A stretch of 63,696 nt of DNA, filler included, from Reclinomonas americana ATCC 50394 (taxonomy: Eukaryota), in NCBI GenBank assembly GCA_048213135.1. It is 4 parts of one record of this genome, joined end to end, with 100 filler letters (N's around TTAATTAATTAA, not from the genome) between each part and the next. Parts side by side here need not be neighbours in the genome. Positions count along the whole stretch, not along the records: positions 37,332 to 52,007 come from PS015013.1; positions 52,108 to 63,696 come from PS015013.1; 2 more parts are not named here. The stretch is one strand, 5' to 3'. Under the pieces are notes generated by a model. It was not told the origin of the DNA. It searched no databases and saw only the letters and a list, made by a program, of their open reading frames with translations. Shown piece by piece: positions 47,511-57,738 of this stretch. The position numbers and the translations under genes are program-made. Position 1 is the first letter of the stretch; each line of letters opens with the position of its first letter.

Positions 47511-49452
47511 ATGGAGAACGCCGTCGCGTGGTTGTGGTCGTCGCTGCAGTACCAGTTCGAGCACCACCCTGTGCACTTGGGTTGCGTAACTACCACCACC
47601 ACCTACACACGCACACACAGCGCAAGCAAACAAGCAAGATGTGAGAGAAGAGAGAGAGAGAGGCGCTCTGCAACTCACTCTCTCACTGTCACAGTGCTGG
47701 AGTTCCTCTTTGTGACGTTTATCCTGTACCTGCTGCCACAACGCTCGTTCCGCCCCTCGACAAAGAACCCCGATCAGCTCACCAAGGAGGTAATCCGCGC
47801 GCGCGCACACGTGTTTGTGCAACATGTCGTTCGTGATCACTCACACACGTGTCACACACACAAAGGAACGCGATGAGCTGATTGACTTGTGGGAACCCAA
47901 GCCGCTCATCCCGCACGATGAGCGCGTGCAAAAGTTCGACATGAAGGTCGTCGAAGGGTGAGCGATCTCTCCTCAGTCAGTCATTCAGTCTCTCTCGCCA
48001 GTGATTGACAGCTGTCTTGTGGTGGTGAAGGAGCTGCGGTGAGCGTGTTGTGGTCAACGGGAAGCACGCTGTCAACTTTGCCTCGTACAACTTCCTCGGC
48101 TTCCTCGGCGACGAGGACATTAACCGCGCGTGCACGACTGCGTTGCACACGTATGGCGTCGGAGCGTGCGGACCGCGCGGCTTTTACGGCACCATTGGTC
48201 AGCGTCCCTGTGTGCGCGTGCGTGCTGTATACCATACAGTGTCTCTTACCTTGTGTGTTGGCGATCAGATGTGCATCTGCGACAGGAGCAGCTGCTGGCG
48301 CGGTTCATGGGCACGCAGGAGGCGATTCTGTACTCGTACGATTTCGCCACCATCTCCAGTGTGATTCCGGCGTTCTTGAAGCGCGACGATGTGATTGTTG
48401 TCGACGAGTGTGCCAATCATGCGGTGAAGACGGGTGCGATGCTGTCGCGCTCGCGTGTGCTGTTCTTCCGCCACAACGACATGCAGCATCTGGAGGAGTT
48501 GCTGAAGCAGGTGTCGGCGCCCAGCAAGACCAAGAAGCCGCTCAATCGTCGGTTCATTGTGGTCGAGGGACTGTACCAGAACTCGGGTGGTGCGTGTGCA
48601 CAACTGCGCGGGGGGAAAAGGCGCGATCTGACTGAGGAGTGTTTGTGCAGATTTGTGCCCGCTGCCCGACATTGTGCGTCTGAAGAACAAGTACAAGTTC
48701 CGCCTGGCCATGGACGACTCGTTTGGCATCGGCACTCTCGGTCGCACCGGCCGCGGCACGTGCGAGCACTTTGGCATTGACGTGGAGGAGGTGGACATTA
48801 TCACTGGTTCGCTGTCGAATTCGTTTGCCGCAGTGGGCGGCTTTTGCGTCGGCAGCCACGTGGTCTGCGATCATCAGGTTTGTTGTTTGTTTGTTTTTGA
48901 TTCTCCTCGATGCGTCGCTTCGTGATAGCTAATTATGGGTTCGCAGCGTCTGTCTGGCACCGGCTACGTGTTCTCTGCAGCGCTGCCGCCGTACCTGTCG
49001 GCCGCCGGCATTGCGGCGATGAACAAGCTGATTGACCGACCAGAGAGCGTGCAGCAGCTGGAGAGTTGCGACGACCCTTGCCCGTGCCTTTTGAGTCTCC
49101 ATTCGTCTCAACCCGCGTGGGATGTACAGAGAACACACAGACGCTGCGTGAGGAGCTGGCCAACCTGGAGGAGCACGGTCTGGTGGTGTCGGGCGACGCC
49201 AACTCGCCGCTGATCCACCTGCGACTGAAGCGATCACGCGGCTCACGCGACGCCGACTACGACCTGCTGGAGACATTCGTGTCCAAGGCACTGGACCGAG
49301 GAATCGCACTGACGACGGCCAAGTACACGCCACTGGAGAGCCACCCACCGCCACCGAGCATCCGCATGTGCGTGTCGGTGAAGCACACGCCGAATGACTT
49401 GTCGGAGGCCGCCAACGTCGTCAAGCAGCTGGCTCGCGAATTGGTCGCATAG
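47511..49452 (+). CDS. SPTLC1: Serine palmitoyltransferase subunit 1 (LCB1)
   Basis: N-terminal TM; LIDLWEPKPL; NFASYNFLG; YGVGACGPRGFYGTIDVHL; RFIVVEGLYQNSGD. GSLSNSF lacks the PLP lysine, as expected for LCB1. HQRLSGTGYVFSAALPP. Confidence 0.95.
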
Positions 49453-49581
49453 AGTACGGGGGGAAGCACGTATAGGAGCAGGAGGAGGATGTGCATGGAA
49501 ATCATTTATAAAGACGTCGTTGTGAAGAAGTCCTGTGGGATTGGCCTCCACTGTGTGCGTGTGTGTGTGTAAGAGAGAGCA

Positions 49582-51362
49582 ATGATCTTCTTGAGGAAAC
49601 TCGGCCGGCCCTCGGCTCACCGTGAAGGTTGGCGCACGCGCACGACACAGACACTGAGAGTCGCACACACGCACATTCTTCTCTCAATCACACACACTCT
49701 CTCTCGCTCGTCCCATGTATGCATGTGCATGTGTGTGGGTGCATGCGTGTGTGCACTATCACCCCACACGTGCTCTGTGTGTGCACACAAGCGCGTCTGC
49801 AGAGTGGAGAGTGGCACCATGTCTCACTCACTCACTTGCACACACACACACAGCTCTCCTGCGCAACCTGGTCACCGCGCTGGTCAAGCACGAGCAGATC
49901 ATCACCACACTGCCCAAGGGCAAGGAGCTCAAGCGAGTCGCCGATCAGCTTGTCACACTGGTAATCTTACTCACTCACTCTGAGTCTCTCTCTCTCAGTC
50001 TCTCTTGTGTGTCTCACATGCAGTCTGCAGGCCAAGCAAAACACTTTGGCCTCTCGTCGTCGCGCTCTTGGTTACATTTACGAGCCTGATGTGGTGAAGA
50101 AGCTCTTTGCGGAGTTCCCGTTGAGATATGCGCAACGGAATGGGTGCGTTGGGGAGGGGGAAGGGAGAGGGNNNNNNNNNNNNNNNNNNNNNNNNNNNNN
50201 NNNNNNNNNNNNNNNNNNNNNNNNNNNNNNNNNNNNNNNNNNNNNNNNNNNNNNNNNNNNNNNNNNNNNNNNNNNNNNNNNNNNNNNNNNNNNNNNNNNN
50301 NNNNNNNNNNNNNNNNNNNNNNNNNNNNNNNNNNNNNNNNNNNNNNNNNNNNNNNNNNNNNNNNNNNNNNNNNNNNNNNNNNNNNNNNNNNNNNNNNNNN
50401 NNNNNNNNNNNNNNNNNNNNNNNNNNNNNNNNNNNNNNNNNNNNNNNNNNNNNNGTGAGAAGAACTGCAGAGGAAGAGATGAGACGGAGAAAGACAGAGA
50501 ACAAAGACGGGAGAGGAGAGGCTTCTGCGTGGTGCCGTGAATAGTGGGCATGTCGAGATGTGACCTCGTGTTCTTGGATGACATGAGATTGTGGAGAAGG
50601 AAGCGATAGAGAGAGTGCGTGTGTGAGAGAGAGAGAGAGGAGATGACACCGTGGGCAATGAGCTTTAGTTCTGCATTTAGTGACTTGCCCACGTGTTCTG
50701 AGTTGCCATGAGAAGGAGCGATAGAGAGTGTGTTGCCGTGAGTAGTGGGCTGCCCTGAGCCATCTGACTGCAGCGATCGAAGAGGAGCCACAGAGCGAGA
50801 AAGGACTCGCAGAGAGGAGATAGAGCGATCGGTGCAGCGAGACAGCGAACTGCAACGATGGAACAAGAAATGCACGGTGGAGAGACAGTGAGGAGAGTGC
50901 ACGCGCAACTGCACATGGAGAGGCAATGGAGAGACTACACGCGCTACATTGAGACTACGAGCTTGGGAACGATACTGCAAGCATCCAGAGATCCATCGGC
51001 GAAGACAGAGCGATTCATGCAGAGAGACAGCAACTGCAACGAGGTAACGAGCAACTGCAGGGGTATACGCACATGGACCCACTGAAGAAAGAGCGACGAC
51101 TGCAGTGAGACGACGAACCGCACTGAGAAGAATCGACTCCCTAATCGTACGCTCACATCGCCATCCCTCTCTTCCCCTTTCCGTGCTCAGTGGATACACC
51201 CGCGTGCTGCGCATGGAGAACCGACGAGGCGACAACGCCCCCATGTGCCTCGTCGAGTATGTCGATCGTCCTGCCAAGCCCACCACCACCACCACCTCGC
51301 CCAGTACCATCACCACCACTGCCACCACGAAGGCACAACAACCGCAACTTGCATCCTCATGA
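49582..51362 (+). CDS. MRPL17: Mitochondrial ribosomal protein bL17m
   Basis: [49 protein letters not shown]...[32 protein letters not shown]; the last intron, 50144-51190, spans a gap. Confidence 0.93.
50455..51130. repeat. Purine-rich degenerate repeat filling the long MRPL17 intron
   Basis: Recurring blocks: GCCGTGARTAGTGGGC (~50534, ~50735), GAGAAGGA(A)GCGATAGAGAG (~50594, ~50710) and ACAGC(G)AACTGCAACGA (~50842, ~51027). Confidence 0.55.
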
Positions 51363-51720
51363 TAGACCATTCTTTCGCTCACTTCGCGATTCCCTCTCGG
51401 CCGAGAGAGTAGTAAAAAACACAACAATCAGCTCATCAACTACATCACCATACAGGCGACGATGATTGCAACACTTGCTGCTTTTTTTGCTCAATATCAG
51501 CTGCAATCGCCACCGCATTCGTTCGACCGTCGCGCATTTGACGACGAGCGGACGCCCTTGCACAGCAGCAGCACCCCCCGAAAGGAGTTGACGACGGAGG
51601 CAAGTGAAACAACGTCGCACAACAGGACAACCTCCTTGTCGCTTTCGCTAACTCCGTCGTTTACCGCCGGTGCGGGGCGGGCTGATAACACACTCATTAC
51701 ACAAAAATTCGACGATTCTC

Positions 51721-54700
51721 ATGGAGCGCTCACCATCTCGATCGCGGGCGCACAAGGACGATGACGAGGAGGAGGAGGAGGAGGATGAGGATGTGCCCAT
51801 GATGGCCTCTGCGGCGATTGAGGCCGCCACTGCGCGCACAGAAAAGGAAGAGGAGGAGGAGAGTCGAGTGCGTGTGAAGAAGGAGCGCGTGGCCAAGAAG
51901 CGGCCGCGCGATGAGGAGGAGCATGGGGGTGGTAGTGGCAGTGGAGGAGGAGGAGGAGGAGGAGAGTCGTCATCATCAGCAGCAGCAGCAGCAGGTGCGG
52001 ATGACGANNNNNNNNNNNNNNNNNNNNNNNNNNNNNNNNNNNNNNNNNNNNTTAATTAATTAANNNNNNNNNNNNNNNNNNNNNNNNNNNNNNNNNNNNN
52101 NNNNNNNCAATGCGTCACCAACAACACCGCCTCCGACACTGTCCACTGTCTCTCCAACGCTCCTGCGTGTGGTGGAGGAGGAACTCAAGTTACGTAATCA
52201 CACATACACACGCGCTTGATTGATTTCACTTCCGCTCGCCCCCTCCTCTCTCTCTCTCCCTCCCTCCCTTCCTCCACTGTCGAGTGATGTGTGTGAGAGA
52301 GAGGGTGCATGCAATGTGATCTCTTGTCTGTTGTTGTTTGTTGCGTGTGTGGCTTCGCATATTCTGTGTTGCCTTTTATGAGGTGGCGGAGAGAAGCGAT
52401 AGCATATGTTGTGTGGTGTGTGTCGCTTCATCTGGACGCGCGGGCGTATAACATCACCCCGCGCAGACATACCCGCTGTTCGGTACTTTGCGTTTGTCTA
52501 CTTTCGCGCGCTCTCTTCCTGCATGCCCTGTCTCTGCTGCTCCCTGCGCGCTGTCATGTGTCACTGCCAATGCACGATCGTGCGGTGTCGGTGCTGGACT
52601 ACAACAAGAGGGGAAAGATATTCGTCCGGTTTCTCCTTTTTTTCCGTCGCCGCATTTGGGCATCGCGGTTTCCTTCTCGCGATAACACTCCGCTCACTTT
52701 GCGCCTTGGCTCCGCGCAGATGCCCGCTCTGCTTCATGTTGTTGGCCGTGAATCCGATTACGTTGCCGTGTCAGCACTCGTTCCATGCGGGCTGCCTGTT
52801 GCGGTCAAGAGTTGCGCGCTCTCCCTTGTGTTCGGATTGGAAACAAGTGTGAGAAGTTAAAACTCTCCCCCCTCCCTCGCAGGATCACAGCAATCGCTGT
52901 CCAACGTGCCGCGCCATCTACCATGTCGGTGGGCCCAGTGACCTGCCTATCAACACCGTGCTGCGCAATATCGCAGAGGCGTTGTTCCCGGAGGCCACGG
53001 CGGAATTGCGGCAGGCGCTGCTGGAGGAGGTGCAGCCGGATGCACAGTCGCTCCCCCTGTTCATGATTGGTGGTTGCTAGTTGCGTNNNNNNNNNNNNNN
53101 NNNNNNNNNNNNNNNNNNNNNNNNNNNNNNNNNNNNNNNNNNNNNNNNNNNNNNNNNNNNNNNNNNNNNNNNNNNNNNNNNNNNNNNNNNNNNNNNNNNN
53201 NNNNNNNNNNNNNNNNNNNNNNNNNNNNNNNNNNNNNNNNNNNNNNNNNNNNNNNNNNNNNNNNNNNNNNNNNNNNNNNNNNNNNNNNNNNNNNNNNNNN
53301 NNNNNNNNNNNNNNNNNNNNNNNNNNNNNNNNNNNNNNNNNNNNNNNNNNNNNNNNNNNNNNNNNNNNNNNNNNNNNNNNNNNNNNNNNNNNNNNNNNNN
53401 NNNNNNNNNNNNNNNNNNNNNNNNNNNNNNNNNNNNNNNNNNNNNNNNNNNNNNNNNNNNNNNNNNNNNNNNNNNNNNNNNNNNNNNNNNNNNNNNNNNN
53501 NNNNNNNNNNNNNNNNNNNNNNNNNNNNNNNNNNNNNNNNNNNNNNNNNNNNNNNNNNNNNNNNNNNNNNNNNNNNNNNNNNNNNNNNNNNNNNNNNNNN
53601 NNNNNNNNNNNNNNNNNNNNNNNNNNNNNNNNNNNNNNNNNNNNNNNNNNNNNNNNNNNNNNNNNNNNNNNNNNNNNNNNNNNNNNNNNNNNNNNNNNNN
53701 NNNNNNNNNNNNNNNNNNNNNNNNNNNNNNNNNNNNNNNNNNNNNNNNNNNNNNNNNNNNNNNNNNNNNNNNNNNNNNNNNNNNNNNNNNNNNNNNNNNN
53801 NNNNNNNNNNNNNNNNNNNNNNNNNNNNNNNNNNNNNNNNNNNNNNNNNNNNNNNNNNNNNNNNNNNNNNNNNNNNNNNNNNNNNNNNNNNNNNNNNNNN
53901 NNNNNNNNNNNNNNNNNNNNNNNNNNNNNNNNNNNNNNNNNNNNNNNNNNNNNNNNNNNNNNNNNNNNNNNNNNNNNNNNNNNNNNNNNNCATGTGGCCT
54001 TCTCGTCGCACGTCCACCGCCATAGATTTCTCACGGAAGGATCGTGCAGCTGTTTTCCGGGCAGCGGGCTTCCGCTGCATGTTTTCGAGCCTCGATATCG
54101 GCTCATGCTTCGCCGGTGCGTATTTGTGTGTGCATGCACTCCCCTTATTCCCCCACTCACTTGCTCTATTCTGCAGGGTGCTACAAGCATCACGTTCATT
54201 CGGCGTCATGGCGCAACTGCAAGATAGCATTGGAACCATGGTTGAGGTTGACGAGTACTTCCAGGTGCATTTCACCGTTGCTGACTGCCGCACTCTTGTG
54301 TTGTCACTCAACCTCCTCGATCAGCTTCCCGACGGCAGGTTATTCATCCGCACGGTTGGCCGTCGTCGCTTCCGAGTACAGAGGTGCGTCTCTCGCGACC
54401 TCCAACAACGCAGTGCATGCACACGTGGCCGCTCACTCCTCATATTGTGTTGTCGTTGCGCAGAGCGTGGGAGGTCGACGGCTACACAGTGGCTGGTGAG
54501 CAATGTGGTGCATGTGCATGCACCCTTGTGTATTCGTTTCGCTGACTCCTCCCTTTGCAGCTGTCGACTGGATCGATGATGTCGCCGACCCGACGCAGCC
54601 TCGCTCAACAACACGCCCCCCGTGCGACTCGTCAGGAGATGCCGGTCCGTCATCGGCTGCTCGTTCGGCCCCTGATTGCGACGACGCACGAATGGACTGC

Positions 54701-55110
54701 GAGGACGAGGAGTCCTCATTAGGCGCGTACGAGCGCATCACCCGCAGGATCCGCATTTTCCTCAATAGTCTCAATCCTAATGCGCGGTTCGTCTTCGAGA
54801 AGTCTCATGCCTGCATGCTCGTCGTCTGATCGTCACTGCACCACCACAGGGACCAGCTGGTGGACCACTACGGCGACGAGCCCGACCCGTCCGACAAGAC
54901 AGTGCACTCGTTCTGGTGTTGCAGCGTGCTCACGGTGCGTGCTTGTCTCATCCTTCTCCACTCATGGCTCTCCGCCCTCACTGCCCCTCTCCCATCTCGC
55001 AGGCTGTTCTGTCCAGCAACCGCCCCACGTACCTCGAACTGCTGCAACTCAACACCCCGTTAGCTCGCTACCGCAAGCTGAACGACCTGTTGGACGTGGC
55101 TGTTGGCGAC
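51721..55110 (+). CDS. LON peptidase N-terminal domain and RING finger protein (LONRF-like E3 ligase); spans gaps
   Basis: EEELK|CPLC...PITLPCQHSFHAGCLLRSR|DHSNRCPTCR; INTVLRNIAEALFP; FPGSGLPLHVFEPRYRLML; LPDGRLFIRTVGRRRFRV; VDGY. Joining the acidic 51721 exon across the linker is inferred. Confidence 0.85.
52350..52472 (+). ncRNA. Candidate intronic box H/ACA snoRNA
   Basis: Inside an unusually long intron (52189-52719): hairpin (GCTTC...GAAGC), hinge ATAGCA (ANANNA, 52399-52404), second hairpin, then ACA at 52467-52469. Folding judged by eye. Confidence 0.4.
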
Positions 55111-55218
55111 NNNNNNNNNNNNNNNNNNNNNNNNNNNNNNNNNNNNNNNNNNNNNNNNNNNNNNNNNNNNNNNNNNNNNNNNNNNNNNNNNNNNNNNNNN
55201 NNNNNNNNNCTCCCACAG

Positions 55219-55396
55219 TCGCATCAAGTCATCGCTCCACGAGTCGGAGAAGGTGGATCTCGATGCCGTGTTGCTGGAGGTGAACAAGAGCATCCAGGAC
55301 GACGTCTCCAAGGTCAAGGAGATGCAGGCGAAGCTCGACCAGCAGGCGGCCGCGACGAGCGCTGCCGTGTTTGGCGAGACGGCGCCGTCCTCGTAA
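55219..55396 (+). CDS. Probable displaced terminal exon of the prohibitin gene (coiled-coil extension)
   Basis: Phase-2 acceptor CAG|T CGC ATC matches the phase-2 donor GA|GTTGCG at 56669, giving GFEDRIKSSLHESEKVDLD...PSS*. It could instead belong to the LONRF gene. Confidence 0.5.
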
Positions 55397-55772
55397 GCAG
55401 CTCGCTGCGTACTTGGGATCGGTGTGTGTGTGTGTGTTTGTGAGGACGGCGGAGGAGGCAGTGGTGCACGCTCGTCTCGTCCACTCGTTTTCTAGTCGAG
55501 TGTGAGAGGTGGCGGGGATGTGCATGGAGAGGGCTCTTTTCGTCGGCATGCGCGGCGGGTAGTAGTTTGGTGGGGTTTGTTTGCGAGTGGCTAGGGGAGG
55601 GGGTTGTGGTGGTGGCGTTAGTTTGTGTAGCATTGAAATTCTTCTACGACACTGTAACGAGGGAGCATTTCGGTTTGCAACACACACATGAACAATCTCT
55701 ATTGGAGCGAACATCGACCGCTGTGCGGAACACCNNNNNNNNNNNNNNNNNNNNTCGTCTGCGTGTCTACAG

Positions 55773-56668
55773 TGGAAGGCGGTCACCGTGCCGTCGTCTT
55801 CAATCGCTTTGGTGGCGTCAGTGATGAAATCCGCGGCGAAGGAACACACATTGTCATTGTTGCGTCTTTGTCGCTTTGTTCCCCCGTTCGCGTGCTTGGC
55901 GTTGACTGGCTTTGTCTCTCTCGCCGTGTGTGTGCAGCCGTGGTTCCAAGTGCCGACCCTGTTCGACGTGCGCACTCGTCCGCGCATGATCCACTCGTTG
56001 ACTGGCAGTCGCGATCTGCAAATGGTCAACATTACGCTACGTGTGTTGTACAAGCCCGACGTGCAGCGCATCAACACCATTTTCAAGTCCCTCGGCACCG
56101 ACTACGACGAGCGCGTGTTGCCGTCGATCGGCAACGAAGTGCTCAAGTCGGTGGTGGCGCAGTTCACGGTGGCGGAGTTGTTGACGAAGCGACCAGAGGT
56201 CTCGCGAGAGGTCTCACGGCGCTTGGTGGCGCGTGCTGCCGAGTTCCACATTCTCGTTGATGATGTCTCGCTGACGCACGTTGGATTCGGCAAGGATTAC
56301 ATGGCAGCTGTCGAAGCCAAACAAGTTGGTGAGTCGGATCTCGTCGTCGACATTGTGTGTGTCCACAGAGCAACTCACTCGCTCGTGTGTGTGTGCGCCT
56401 GCGCAGCGCAACAGGAGGCGGAACGCGCCAAGTTCTTGGTGCAGCAGGCGGTGCAGGACAAGCAATCTATCATTATTCGCGCAGAGGGCGAGGCTCGTGC
56501 CGCCGCCATGATTGGAGAGGCCATGTCACGCAACCCGTCGTGGTTGGAGCTGAAGCGAATTGAGGCCGCCAAGGATATCGCGTCCACGGTCTCGAACTCG
56601 GCCAATCGCGTTTACCTCAACGCGGACTCGCTCATGCTTAATCTGGTGAACGCTGTCGGCTTTGAGGA
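55773..56668 (+). CDS. PHB2: Prohibitin-2, core exons (contig orientation opposite to the first exons)
   Basis: VEGGHRAVVFNRFGGV, PWFQ, RPRMIHSLTGSRDLQMVNITLRVL, DYDERVLPSIGNEVLKSVVAQF, AVEAKQVAQQEAERA and NRVYLNADSLMLNL. Confidence 0.93.
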
Positions 56669-57240
56669 GTTGCGTTGCGCCGTGTGCCAGTGCAGCGATT
56701 GCAGTCGCTCACGTTTTCCCGNNNNNNNNNNNNNNNNNNNNNNNNNNNNNNNNNNNNNNNNNNNNNNNNNNNNNNNNNNNNNNNNNNNNNNNNNNNNNNN
56801 NNNNNNNNNNNNNNNNNNNNNNNNNNNNNNNNNNNNNNNNNNNNNNNNNNNNNNNNNNNNNNNNNNNNNNNNNNNNNNNNNNNNNNNNNNNNNNNNNNNN
56901 NNNNNNNNNNNNNNNNNNNNNNNNNNNNNNNNNNNNNNNNNNNNNNNNNNNNNNNNNNNNNNNNNNNNNNNNNNNNNNNNNNNNNNNNNNNNNNNNNNNN
57001 NNNNNNNNNNNNNNNNNNNNNNNNNNNNNNNNNNNNNNNNNNNNNNNNNNNNNNNNNNNNNNNNNNNNNNNNNNNNNNNNNNNNNNNNNNNNNNNNNNNN
57101 NNNNNNNNNNNNNNNNNNNNNNNNNNNNNNNNNNNNNNNNNNNNNNNNNNNNNNNNNNNNNNNNNNNNNNNNNNNNNNNNNNGGAGTCGGAATGCAAGGC
57201 AAGCAACGAATGGTGCAGGCACACACACAGACTGACTGAC

Positions 57241-57478
57241 CATTGAACAGACTCTGCGCGAGACCGTATCCCACGAGACCGAGTCCGACCAGCAGTCGGC
57301 CCACGCCCTACACGCGGAGCATGTGTGAGTGCAAGAGGAGAGAGAGACAGTGAGAGAGACAGAGAGTGTGTAAACTCACTCCAAAGGGAATCCCCATTCC
57401 GCCCGAGGCACCTCCGCCACTTCCGCCTTCGCCCGCGTTGGGCATGGCCTTGGAGACAAGAGCGCGGATGCGATTCAT
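57241..57478 (-). CDS. PHB2: Prohibitin-2, N-terminal exons (presequence and TM)
   Basis: MNRIRALVSKAMPNAG...GIPFG|...RLLVGLGLVGYGLAQSLFN + G; the phase-1 donor joins the phase-1 acceptor at 55772 to give LFNVEGGHRA. Confidence 0.8.
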
Positions 57479-57738
57479 TTTGTGTTCTCTCCGCTGCTGC
57501 ATGAGTCAGTGAGTGTGAGGAAGAACAAAGTGCGCACATGGCATGCGCAAACATGCACACACACAAAGAGCGACACAAAGAAGAACGACGCACACACGCG
57601 CGCGCGTACGTGTGTCTATACGAGTGCAGACTGCAACAGTACACAGACAGTGGGCGGGCTGTGAGCTCACCTGTGTGCGACGAGAGTGTGTGAGAGGACA
57701 GATGATATGACGTCACACTCTCTTTGTTTGCCTCGCGC

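Noticed and set aside
20043-52063. Three identical TTAATTAATTAA palindromes (20043, 37276, 52052) resembling a dispersed element or recombination site
   Set aside because: Each is centred in symmetric N padding and gives stops in all six frames, so it is an assembly linker; adjacency across these points is not guaranteed
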